Below, one piece after another: positions 39,901 to 52,998 of a stretch of DNA of 59,749 nt; the first letter of the stretch is position 1; each line of letters starts with the position of its first letter. The DNA lies in contig CT868035.1 in assembly GCA_000165425.1 (NCBI GenBank), positions 186,001-245,749 of the forward strand, given 5' to 3'. The stretch comes from Paramecium tetraurelia (Eukaryota). Position numbers and translations under genes: made by a program. The notes below the pieces were generated by a model, which searched no databases, was not told the DNA's origin, and saw only the letters and a program-made list of their open reading frames with translations.

Positions 39901-42900
39901 ATGATAAAAATAATTATGTGTTGTCATATTTGATGAATCTATAGAGGGAAGAAACTCTAAAAAGAGCCAAGAATTCAAATAAAATAATCTCAACAATGAA
40001 AGGCATGGTGACTGGAGCCATTGATGTTGGTAGAGCATTAGTAAATGTGGTTGTAAGAAAGAAGCAAGATCTTGAAGAGGAATTTGCAGAATAGACTTTG
40101 TTTTCTAAGCATCCCATTACTGCTAGTTTACTGACAATCACTTCAAAAATACAGAGTCTAAATACTGAGAAAGGGGAAGAAACCTATTAGATTGACATTG
40201 AATAAAAAATGGAAGTTTGTGAGTTGTTGATATTCTTTTAGGAAATGAGATTGGATTTCTTGATCACTAACTTTTTGGCGTTTTATGCTGCCAAATAGAA
40301 GAAGAAATCTAATAAATTAAAATATGAATTGGAATTTGATTTATTATAAGTATTGCCACCTACATTGAGAACTGGAATTGAGGAGCCAACCAAATAAGGA
40401 GCCAAAAATATCATATAATGGTTAGGAGATATTATTTCGAGAATGGGTAGATTCTTGAATAAGAAATTTAATAATTTTACCAAAGAATAAGAAATGCCAG
40501 ATTTGGATACACTCATGAGTGGGGCAAATAAGGATTTGGTCAAGGAGGCTGTTTTGCCATCCCTTTTAATTGTGTTTCACGTTTCAAGTGATTGCTTGCT
40601 TTTGGATAAGGTAGTGGAAGTTATTAGGAGGTGCTTCTCATAGAAGTTGGAATTATTCGAAAAGATGAGAGACCTTGAGATCCTGTTTGACTAAACTGAA
40701 ATCAATTGCTATTAGAAAATGGTTTAATTGCTGAGTAGATTGAGAACATTAACTGAGTCATCTGAAGTTTGGATTAACACTTTTCACCATAAGTCAACAG
40801 AAAAGGAAGCATCTAATGAACCCAAAGAGTTGCATCAAGTTTAGCATATCACTAAAGATCTTGATTCTTTATTGTACAAACACACCACTGTGACTCCAAA
40901 TTTAGAAATCATTACTTAGGATGACTTCTTATAGATATCTACAAGCAGACAAAAAGTGTTCAATTTTCTTAATGGACACACACCTTTAATTAATTTTTTG
41001 AGAGATTCATAAAATTAATTATGTGATTTCCTAAAGGGTGGATATAAAGCAGATTATCAATAGACAGTTTCAGAATTGCTAAAAACAATTTATTAGTGTT
41101 TAACTAATTTTTGCAAGGGAAACAGGCCAAATTAGAATTTATTAGCATAACACTTTGAACTCTTTGTGGATGAAATCGAAATAGATTTTGGGTAAACTAT
41201 GTTGTTATGTGCAATTTATGAGGATAATAAATTTTTGTGTGAGAATATTCCAGATTCTAGAATCAAATAGTTTCTAGGTTATATCAGGGATTTTGGGAGA
41301 CAAAGTAGATTTTTAGAATTGTTAAAAACAATTCAAATTTGTAAAGGGCAGAGTCTTGTTGAGAATCAATTGAAAATACTCTCATTTTTATTACCTCATC
41401 AAAAGGAGGAAAATAAGAAGGCTCATGAATATTTGCTATGGGGACAATTTACAAAAGATTCAAAGGGAATTGAATTTAATTTCTTTAATGATGGGCAAGA
41501 TAAGGAATAGAAACATCAACCATATAAGTATCACTGTAAATTAATCGACTTGCTATTGTAGACTACGTAAGGGGAGGAGAGTTACAAATTAAATACTCCA
41601 AAATTAAAACAAATATTTTCTTTGGGGTATTTGGTTAATTTGGTGGCTGAAGAAAATGATGAATTCATTGAAGGCTACTTTCCAAATGGAACTAAGGATG
41701 CAAACTAACTGAAGGTGAAGGTTATACTCTTCATCAATTGGATTTATATCTAAAATAGTTTGACCTAATAGGAGGTGATGATTAAGGAGCAAGCTAACTT
41801 TAATAAGTTATTCAACAAAGAGAAGGAAAGATTGTTAAAGTTAAGTTCATATCCAAATAGAGATGAATATCTGAAATACTTTTTTGATCATTTGGTTCCT
41901 CTGTTTGAAAACTTTGTGAATAAAATTTATGCTCAAGAGAAAGCATAAAGAGATGACAATTATGAGTATTAATCATTTTTATTAATTTAGTGTGCTAAAG
42001 GAAATATTGGAAACAATTGCCATGATGTCAGATGGAATTTTATGTCAATATCTTACAAAAAACCAATATAATGCATTGTATAGATTGTATAAGCCATTTG
42101 AAGAGAACACAAATAGACTATAAATGAATTTCTCATCAGCCATCAAAGATTAGAATGATGGCTTATCGAGCAACAAAAAATCTGTGTACGAACCTCCTCC
42201 TCCTGAGTTTATGAAGTCTTCTTTGAAGAAGAATTAAGTCATGACAATCTTTAATAAAAAGGAGAAGTCCTTTTTAACTGAACAATTTAAGACACCTAAT
42301 TCTAATGATAAGTCTAAAATGTCAAGAAATAAATTCTCGTAAACCTCATAGTAATTATGGGTCAATAGACCCAATTGGTTCTAATTTTTGGATATGTGTG
42401 AGTAGAGTTAAGTGTTGTAGGATAAGATTAAAGAAGAACTCCACACTTTGGCCAGTGCAATATTCCACATAGACAAACTTGTTTCTGATAAGATGAATAC
42501 GAGTTAAAGCAATTCCGTGAATCTTGATTTTAAGGGGTTTTTAAAGAAATACATAAGATTCGTGGAATAAGGGATCATCAATAAAGCAGGGAAAAAGAAT
42601 CTCATCTATTCATTATAGCTATTGGAGGAATTGCTGACTATTAACGATTTGGAAGAGATGCAAAATCTGTTTGATCAATAGAATGCAACGAGAATGATAT
42701 TGAATATAATAGCAGACTATAAAATCTATCCCTTTGATGACGATTTCTTCAACTAACTATTAAGTTTTGGGTGTAAGCTGCTTGAAGGGGGTAATCCAAA
42801 AGTGCAAAAGACAATTTTCAACTATTTTTCAACCTATAGTAGATCTGAGAACATTTTTAGCAAATTGAACTTGGTTATCAATGATCATATAGAAGAATTG

Positions 42901-45648
42901 AATATTAAGTACAAGATACAGAATGAGATGCAGAAGGAAGAAAAATAACAGCAAATATTGCAATTAGATACTGAACCCCAAGTGCCCTAGGATTAAGTCA
43001 ATGATCACACCTAAGAAATGCAGTTTAAACAAAAGCTCCGAGAGTCCTTGTTGATTAATGTGCTGAGATTTGTATAATTATTTTGTGAAGGTCACAATTT
43101 GGATTTATAGAATTATATAAGATAGTAATTTAATTCAAGAAACAATTACAACTTAGTTTCTAGTATAATTGAATTGCTTTACATGTATCATTTAGAATTG
43201 ACAAATGAAAATTATGAGAACATCTTGAGGTGCCTGGACACTTTGACAGAGTTTGTTTAAGGGCCTTGCTGCTAAAATTAGTAGACAATAATTGATAGCA
43301 AATTCCTTGAGGTTGCCAATTCCTTATTGGCCACCCAAGCATCAAAATCCAAGTCCAAAGAGCACAGTTCAAAATCATTCTTTAGTTAAGACGAATAGAG
43401 CAATTAAAAGAATAGTTCTTCAAATTTGTCAGTTGGTAAAATTAAGTCTGGCAAATCATTTAAGAACAATCGAATCAATATAAAAAAGTATATGTTAGAG
43501 AGGATTAAGTACAAGGTGATGGTGTTGGTCACAAGTTTATTGGAATTAAATTCTGATAGTTTGGCAATCAAGAGAATTATGAGATCTTTACCGATTGAAA
43601 TCCTAAAGAAGAATCTAACCCAAATTTATAAGAAGCACAAAAAACTTTATGGACCAACGTATACTCAAGATGCATTGAAACATGTATGTATATTGTATTA
43701 ATTAAGATTGATGAAGATCCAGAAGGTAACACTGAAAAGCCTGAATTTCATGAAGCCATCCTAGAAACAGGGTTTTATATATATTTCTTAATTTTATATT
43801 ATTACGAATTAGATACTCAAGAGATTGATTAGGAGACATCTACAGAATTGCAGAAAGCCAAAAACAGTTTGTTCAACAAAAACCTATTTATGGATTCATT
43901 GATTGGGCAGTTGTTTACCTTTGCCTTTGCCATCATTGGAGGTGTGTTAACAACAATAAGTCAAGCCAAAAATTACTTATAGAAGGCTGTTGAGCGAATT
44001 GGCCAAAAAATAGATTCAACTGAAATTGATAAGAAAAACTAGAAGCAAAAAGAGATCAATCAAGAGATATTCAGAGAAACTATCTAATTCTTCGCATATA
44101 ATTCTGCTCATGTTGAAGTGGTCAGAAACAATTAAATAGAAAGAATCCAATTCTACAAACCTCCTTATTGCAAATATCTTCCCAAAGAACGAAAGAAGGA
44201 GTTCCATGAGACAGTGAACAGAGATTCAACTAATTCCAAAATATCTGATTTGATAGAATAAACGGATAGCATTATTGAAGTTTGCAAACATGAAGAAAAG
44301 TTAGCTGTCTTCTTTAGTAAGAACAAATTTATAGCAATATTTGCTAATTACGTTATTTTATGGAAGGATTTGGCATTTATCCTAACATTACTATTAAATT
44401 TATTCATCATTTTATCGTATGCTGACAATGAGAAAACGGGATAGCAAACAGGAGATGAAGTTGAAAGCATTTAAACAATTAGAAAGAATAGAATTAGCAA
44501 CCCGATATTGCTGAATTCTAATCTTAGTGTGGAAGAAACAGAATCATTGTTTTTCATCTGTGGTATAATAATGATTGTATGCTCGACTTTTGTGGTGCTG
44601 TTCTTTTTATTGAAGAAGGCTCCACTCTACATTAAAGAATCATATAAGAAATAAGATTTAAGTGAATATGGAGTTCTGATCAATTCTTTGTTTTAGATTT
44701 TTAATTTTAGTTATAGCATTGCGAGAGTGCTTCTGAACATCGAGATCCTTTATTACTTATCATATGGAACCCTAGCATTTTTAGCCACATTTTATCATCC
44801 ATTTTTCTTTGCCTTCCACCTTACGGAAATAGTCATACGATTCCCCTAATTACGTAATATCATTAAAAGCTTTTGGGAACCAAAATTGTCATTATTACTC
44901 ACATTTATTCTAATCATCTTATTTAATTACTTTTTCACTTTATTTGCTTACATATTCTTCTATGATGATTATTCAGGAAAGTGTGAGAGCTTGTTATATT
45001 GCTTTTTGGAAACTTTTGACAAAGCATTCAAGAATAATGGAGGTATTGGTGGATGGCTGGATTCTAATTAACCACAGGATCCTGGAAATTACAATTACGG
45101 TAGATTCTTTTTTGATAATCTCTACAATATAGTGATTGTGATCATCATGATCCAGATATTCTCAGGAATCATTATTGATACCTTCTCATCTTTGAGAGAG
45201 AAGTAGATGCAAAGAGATTAAGACATTTAAGAAACCTGCTTTATTTGTGGATTCAGCAGGTAAATTAATACTTATTATTTTTAATAGAGAGTTGTTTGAT
45301 AGAAAATCTGAAGCTGGTTTTAAATTGCACACACAGTATGAACATTATATGTGGAATTACGTATTCTATATCTCGTATTTGAAAGAGAAAGAACCCACAG
45401 AGTACACAGGAATTGAATCTTATATTGCGAAGAAACTGAAAAATTACGATAATTCGTGGATACCTATAAACAAAGCGATGGTATTGAAGAATATGGTTTT
45501 GGAATCTCAGCATTATGAAACAGAGAAATTGTAAGATATCTAAAGAGAAATGGACTATATCAAGAAAACGTCTTTTGAGATTTATAAAGAAATGGAAGAA
45601 TTAAACATTCAATTTTTAAATAAGTAATTACTAAATCAAGAAAAATGA
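36912..45648 (+). CDS. IP3-receptor/ryanodine-receptor-type Ca2+-release channel (~2890 aa)
   Basis: N-terminal LRYGQIISL..FVISDG; MIR region FRLRHFSLGKYL; NRQKVLKEQ; RIH-associated QLFCEGHNLDLQNYIRQQ and LDTLTEFVQGPC; pore NNGGIG; IFSGIIIDTFSSLRE, CFICG, HYMWNY, EYTGIESY. Introns ~41966-41990, 43684-43706, 45260-45287. Confidence 0.96.
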
Positions 45649-45760
45649 TCAGATTGATGTTTAATTCTTCATAATTTATATCATATATATATTTTATATT
45701 TTATAAACAATTAGATCATAAACATCTGAATCCTTTATTCGTGAGTTCTTGGATGTTCAA

Positions 45761-47177
45761 ATGAGACCTAAAGCTGCCAAATCGATGACTTCAACATAAT
45801 TAAGGAACCTAAAAATAAAAACATCGAACCATCAAGCCATAAGTTGAAGTTTATAATTAGAAGTTCATTCTGAGGAATTTGGGATTGCTTTGCGATAAGT
45901 ATAATGTGCAATCCTATAATATAAAGGCTATCATGAAAGCAATAAATAAATACAACTGTAAAAGTTTGGAAGGTCATAACATTATGTACAACTGAAAAGC
46001 CCAAGACTGCTCAAATCAGTCAATAATAACAATACACAAAGAAACCATAAGTATACAAATTAATTGAAGTTGACTCAAGATATAGATAGGATCCAGAAAC
46101 CATCACTGAGAGGGAAAAAGAATTGAAATACAAGAGACAACTATTATAGATCATAAAATGACAATGCATAGCCTCTTGGAGATACACATAAAACATTCAA
46201 TAAAGGCAATCATGTGATTATTGTTAAATTAATGTAAATCATCCTTGTATTCATAGACCAATGATCCTCAGAAAGAGAAATATTAAGAAAGAACACCACC
46301 CTTTAATCTTAATTTGGAATCAAATTAAGAAATTGCTATTGGTGAAGGATTTTCAAATTATCTTATAGAAAGTATATCTTGTAGTCTAATTAGATAGCGC
46401 CTATCAGAACAAAAAGATCTCATTGAATGTCTATTCCATAAGTGGATCTGAATTTATTGATGAAATCCAAAAACAATGATATCGAATTTGTATTTGAATA
46501 AAGGAGATTTACTTGCATTATGCCCATAATGATTGTCTATTGTGATGACATTAACAAAAATGCAACCATTCCACTGACAAATTCTAAAATGTCTCAATTG
46601 CTACAATCAAACTTCTAAGAGATCGATAATTATGAATTCAATATATTAATCTAGATGTCTGAAATTGATGAGCTTTCTAATTTTGTAATCCCACAAAAAA
46701 AGTTTCCAGTTTCAATGCAACCTTGCAAATAAGCAAAAAAAGAAAAATCATTAAGAAAATCGTTTATCATGAAGAATCCTTATATTAAATAGCATTCATA
46801 CCACCATATTATCAAACAATGTTTATATAAATTGGCTAATATCATTCCTCTAATGCTGATTTTTAGCGTTTAGCTTGCTTTTGTTTCAAAAATTCATTCA
46901 AAACTTCATAAAAAACTATATTTAAATCATCACCCTATCTCCTACTAGGGCATCTGTTAAAGTCAACATTCCTGAACAGTATGAGGTTCAATAAGGGTTA
47001 GTATGTTCAGAGAATGGTTTTCTATTGAATCAAAATATCGAAGCAGAGTTTAAGATTGTTTATACACCTACTTCGTTAGAATTCTACAATCCAACAACTT
47101 TAGAAAAAGAAATAAGAATAATTGAAGATAAGGAGTTGTAGTAAATTATTGATTTAAACTTTAATTTTTAATTATGA
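45761..47177 (+). CDS. Hypothetical protein(s), exon structure unresolved
   Basis: Series of coding-like plus-strand frames with intron-like elements; final exon ...VCSENGFLLNQNIEAEFKIVYTP...FQL* ends at TGA 47175-47177. Confidence 0.4.
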
Positions 47178-47872
47178 ATTATAAATTTTGTATCAGATTT
47201 CTTAAAATTATCATGATCCTCACTACAGACTTTTCTATTATACCATATTGTTAGAATCTTCTTCTCAAAATAATTTGTCATTCATAAATTCATAGAAAAT
47301 CTAAACCTGTTCAAATTTTTAATATACTTTCCAAAACTGCACTAATAGATGGTTCTCTTCTCAAAGTTGATTTTTCATATTATTGTAAAGAATCATCTAA
47401 GTTCAAATACGTTTTTATATGAACATTATACAAAAACTACATTAGTTTTATAATATTGAAATTTTAATATATTGTATTTATTTTGACTAATAATTTTTAT
47501 GGATTTATTATAATTATAATAGAATATAATATAACTCTAAGACAATTTACAAAATCTACTTCACAATCCTTTATTAATTTCAATTAGCAACAGAGAAGCT
47601 TAATTATATGCTATCAAAAATAATCTGAAGAAATTACATTGAAAAATTATTGATTCAAAACTTGTTATTAAAATTATACTTGTAATTTGAGTTGATTTTT
47701 TTTTATTTATTATAACATTTATCTCAATGATGCGTATTATACACTTTTCTAAATTATAAATATTCCTTATAATATCTTATTTACATAGTTTTGAAGCTTA
47801 AGGGCTGGAATTTTTAAAGATTTTTAGCAATATTAAATTACATTCATTTTCAAAACCATACTAACATCATAT

Positions 47873-49452
47873 ATGTAGCTGATCAATCGTTTCTTCTATC
47901 AATTTAGCAAAGTTAATCTTCCAAAAACGATAGGAGTATTGGGATATGGAGCAATCGGAAAAGCCTTCACAGAAGTATTGTTAAAGTAGCATCCAGGTAT
48001 AGTTCCTCATATTATTTACTAGAGGCTAATGTAGTGGCACTTGATAAATACGATGCATTTTTTCCAAATGAGAAAAGGTTTAAGACTATAATTTAAAAAC
48101 GAACTAGAGAAAACATAACACAAACTTTGGATGTTATGGGGTATTTCTATATTCTTAACCTTAAAAATAGCTTAAGGGAAGGAGATACACTAGTTGACTT
48201 GTCAACAAATATTGAATTTTCAGAAATTTGGGCACTGTGTGCCAAAAAAGGTGTTCGCTATCTGAATACTGCCTTGGAAGTATGGGAAGACAGTGAAGAT
48301 GCTAATTCATGTCCTGAAAATGCAGAAGAAGCATATAAATTGACATTAGGATATATCAAAGACAATGCCAAGAAATCTCCATTTTGGTCAAATGTAAGAT
48401 GTTATTCTAAACTTAGGGACCTACTGCTTTATTAGAAACGGGATTTAATCCAGGAGTTGTATCTCACTGTGTTAAAAGAGGTTTGGAGGATTGCGCAAAG
48501 CATTATCTTGAGAATCCTCAAAAAAAATATGATTTAGGAAATTTAAGAAAATATTTGAAAGAAAAAAATCATTCGAAATTAGCACAAGTACTTGGAGTAC
48601 ATACAATTCATTGCTCTGAAACTGACAATTAATTAATGGCTGAAATACCAAAGGATTTAAAAACAAAATTCTATAATACATGGTCATGCAGAGGATTCCT
48701 TACTGAAGGACTTGTCCCTATTCAAGTAGCAAGAGGTTCACACGAAGATATGCAAATACCTAATTGCTATACAATTAGAGATGGCAAGACAATCGTCTCA
48801 AGAAAACCATCTGTTTAAACTTGGGCTAGGAGTTGGGTGCCTAATGAAGATATTAAAGGTAAATTTACTCTATTTATAATTAGGTGTTTTGATTCCTCAT
48901 GGTGAAGCTTATTCCATATAAGACTATTTAAGTGATCCAGAGACAGGATACTCGCCATCTTAATATTATGTTTATGATTATAATCCTTTGGCCAAAGAGT
49001 TCATCAGGAACTTACCTCCTAATGCTACTATAGATAATACTCATCCTTAGACGGAAGTTATTCACCCAATGAACCACACCTCATTGAAAGGTTGGGATAA
49101 AGTCGGAGCACTCTTGATTATGAAAGATAATAGAGCTTGGTGGACAGGGAGTATTATGGATGAAATTGATTGCTCTAATATGTATAAGGGAATGTTTGGC
49201 CCAACTGTCTTATAAGTTGTGGCTGGAGTTTATGGAGGATTCTTGTGGACTTGTTAACATCCTAATAATGGAGCCCACTTCTCTGAAGATGTTGAAACTG
49301 ATGATCTTATTCGAATTGTAAAAAATCTATTAATTTATTATTTCTAGGGTGAACATCTAATGGGTAGATTCATTTCCATCCCAGTGGATTTGACCAAAAC
49401 TAAGATTAAGGATTGTTATAAATTGCAAAGCTTTCTATGCCAATAAATTTGA
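47873..49452 (+). CDS. hss: Homospermidine synthase (bacterial type, EC 2.5.1.44)
   Basis: Rossmann IGVLGYGAIG; LVDLS...GVRYLNTALEVW; GFNPGVVSHCVKRGL; TIHCSETDNQ; FYNTWSCRGFLTEG; RSWVP; IPHGEAYSI; YYVY; GWDKVGALL; WWTGS; GPTVLQVVAG. Five tiny introns; TGA 49450-49452. Confidence 0.93.
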
Positions 49453-49494
49453 TATTACAAATATATATATAATTATTTAATTAAATATCCAAAA

Positions 49495-50070
49495 ATGAGT
49501 TTGAGCTGGCTAGTATCACCATAACTTCATAAAACTACAAATGGCTATTACATCAATCACGATAACATCATGCTTGGTAAATTTATCCATTTATTTTAGC
49601 TGGACCACAAGATAGAAGAAGACTCATTTTTTACTTTATTGCAAGTCAAACCCCTGAAAAAATCACTTAAGAGGATCACAAGAAATTTGTCAAAGAATAA
49701 ACAATCGATGTCGACATGAGATCAGGCATATTTTCTTTTGGTGGTATCTTCTTGGCTTTAGCAACATTAAGAGAACAATAAATGATTACATCCAGAATTA
49801 CAAACAGACCCATTTTAAATGGTATGTTTATCTTAGGAGTTGGTAATACCATCTAAAATACTCATAGGTTTGGTTTCAGCTGCATTTTCTTACAATTTGT
49901 CCAAAGTGCTATTCGAACCACTTTTTGTACAAAAAAATCAAGTGTTGTTAGAATTGGCTGAAAAGTATAATTTCTCAGTTTTTGATTTTGCCCTCGCCAA
50001 GAAAGAAGCAAGATTAAAATAATTAAGAGCAGAACTCACAAGCGATAGTAGTAACGCTGCTCATTTCTGA
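49495..50070 (+). CDS. Hypothetical two-TM protein (~175 aa)
   Basis: MSLSWLVSPQLHKT...; introns 49577-49599 and 49843-49867 give a clean frame to TGA 50068-50070. Two hydrophobic segments. Confidence 0.8.
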
Positions 50071-50110
50071 AAAATTATATTGCAATATCAATAAAAATAT
50101 AATTATTATA

Positions 50111-50582
50111 ATGATTAGAAAATTATTTTCGAAAACCCTCCCATTTATTAGACCCTAATTTTACATTAATCATATGTATTATTACTCCACCTATTGACAA
50201 GCTTTGATACTCAAGATTAGTTTAAGAAGTTTAACAGGTCAAGTATCGAGAGTATTAAATCCTCCGTGAATCCCTTGCCCTCTCCAAGTGAAGAGGCCCG
50301 ACTTTATATGGAAGAAAATGAAGTAAGAAAATGTTCTACAACACCTAGGTAGATGTAAGATTTTTGAAAGTCCTGAAATCCTTTGACAAAATAGATGTCA
50401 AATAAATCAATTGGGAAGGAGATTTAAACAAAGATTTAGGTTTAGATAGTCTTGAAAGAATTGCTTTGATCACTTCAATTGAGCATGAGTTTACAGCAAT
50501 CTTTGAGGATAGAGTTTTTGATAATTTAAAATCATTGCAAGACATTAAAAACCAGATCTTAAAGGACGATTCAGCATTTTGA
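50111..50582 (+). CDS. Mitochondrial acyl carrier protein (NDUFAB1-like), copy 2
   Basis: Presequence-like MIRKLFSKTLPFIRPQF; RFLKVLKSFDKID...DLGLDSLERIALITSIEHEF. Two 26-nt introns; TGA 50580-50582. Confidence 0.9.
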
Positions 50583-50917
50583 ATAATATTTTATGAAAAA
50601 GAATTTAAAAACATCCATATAACTATTTTCAAATTTATCCAGTCCTTGAAATTGAGGAAAGTCAAATCTGCAATTTGTTTGCCATAAAATATCCAGAAAG
50701 ACTAAATTATTTAGTTGTATGTTAAAAAATAAACATATTCTAATAAATTTAATTTATAAAGATGATTTTTAGCAATACTATTCAACTTTTTTTCTTTTAT
50801 CCTTTTATAAGAATATTATGATTAATAAAATATTGATAGATTATAAGAGGAAATAATAAAATTGAATAATTGAAAAAACAATATATACGATTCCAATAAT
50901 TTGTAAACACATAGAAT

Positions 50918-52998
50918 TCAATTTAATAATTCGAAAAATGCATCCTGATTATCTAAAATACACTATTTAATCTCTGACATTCCTTTTATAGTATTATAAT
51001 TCAAATAACCATGAGATAAGTTTTCATATATAGTTATTTTTACATCTCTCTGCACAACTCTAGGTCATAAATTAAATATATACTGTAGTCTTTAAGCCAA
51101 TCGAAAAACTTAATCATACAAAGGATCTTAATCACCACAAAACAATCTTGTTGGGGGGAACTATTTTAAAATATCATATGATAATAATAAAGGACTCATA
51201 AATGGATCAATCCCCAATTAAGAATCTGGATGTGCTGAATAAGATTCAATACAAATTCCTAAAATAGTATGACTAAGTATTTTATCATTGATTGACTTCA
51301 AGTAACTAGGAGTGTACTAGAATCTTATATCAACAGCAGGATAATTCAATATCAACCCATTTGGGATTTGTAATTTATATTTAATAGTTAAGCCAACCAA
51401 AGCCGTTGCCAAATTACCACCAGCACTATCGCCTGTAACAATGATTTTATTGGGAACTATTCCAAATGTTTTTTCAGAATAATTTAATATCCAATTATAG
51501 GCTTGCCAACAATCATCCAAAGGTATTGGATAAGGGTATTTAGGAGCTAAACTATAATCGATCGAAAAGATGGGAACATTTAAATTGATTGCCCACTCTC
51601 TGGTATAGCATTAATGACTTGATGAGGATTGGGAGATAAAACCTCCTCCATGAATATGTATGATAATCTTATCTTCAATAGTGTTGTTTTATTTTATGAA
51701 AAATGATTTCAAGAAACTAAATATATTATCCTATTCCACTACATGTTGGTTGTACAATAGCCTGATTCGAATTCTGCCTTTATTTTTGATAAATAAGAAT
51801 TTGTCATCTCTGTGTATTTCCTAATTCACATATTCAATTGGCTGATTGGAAATTTGATCATAGATTCCTTATCTAATTTAACTATTTGCTTCTTAAATTG
51901 TGAGTGGCAGAACGACTGGCAAAATATAGAACTTTATGTTTGTAGAAATTTTGGGCAATCCCAAATTAATTAAATGCTTGACTCCTGGTAATTCAATAAA
52001 ATTCATAGCCTAATATGCAGTGTCAGCTTTTAATTAACTCATATGATCTTTCATTCCTTTTTCTGCTGCTGATCTTGATAAGAAATAGTACATTGAATTT
52101 AAACTTACTGAAAATATTTTACCCCATTTGCTGGTAGTCTTCTTGCAATCATTTACTAGGGCATGACCAACCATAACAGATTATACAAATTTATCAAATG
52201 ATTATCTGATTTATTCTGGATCACCTAAAGACTTTTATACTATTTATATAAATTATACTTTTCTGGTAGTGATGCATTCTAATTTCTTCCAAACTGGATG
52301 AGTGCTACTTAAAGACATAATGTCATTTTTGTCTGTATCTATTGCAGAAGGCATAATTAAATTAAGCATTAGAATTTCTGTCCCAAAAACCTTGATTTCA
52401 TCAGTTAAGCTTTGAGAAGCAAAAGTATGTTATTCATACAATTTCAATTGTTATTGCATCTTAGGCAAGAACTCTGTCTATAAGTAATGATAGGGAACCT
52501 GCAACATTCTTATATTGACATCATCTGCCTTTAGTGCTTTAATTGATCTCTCCTATACATAATCTAGGTGAAAGGAAACAATACTTTATTTTAATTCTAA
52601 GAGTATCTTGCTTTCTTGTTCTTTACAGTTTGACAAGAGTTCATCTACAATCTATAATCCTTTCAAGAGAATAAAAAAATGTCTGTTCGCATTGTTGAAG
52701 ATCCTATTTTTTGTTTCAGATTCACACTTTACAGTTTTGAGTATCTTAATGATGTGGTTCAATTAATCGAGTACTAACGAATAGGTTTAGTATTAATACT
52801 ATCTCGAGTAGCTTAAAGGCATTATTCTTGAGATTAACATTGATCTGAGTTTCTGATTTGAATTTAAATCTCAGTAGGAACTTATGCCTGAGAAGACTTG
52901 TAGCAAACATTGTTAAAAAGTGTGTAATCATCTATTTCACTTGTTCTGTCATAATCGGATGAGATAAAATCATTAAGATGAGTTTTAGGAAATTGCAT
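50918..52998 (-). CDS. Hormone-sensitive lipase family (GDXG alpha/beta hydrolase)
   Basis: IIHIHGGGFISQSSSSH, SIDYSLAPKYPYP, GDSAGGNLA, CGDQDPLYD, HGYLN; long N-terminal extension. Confidence 0.92.

Noticed and set aside
47873..49452. Bacterial or endosymbiont contamination
   Set aside because: The gene has spliceosomal introns, uses TAA/TAG as Gln and is embedded among ciliate genes.
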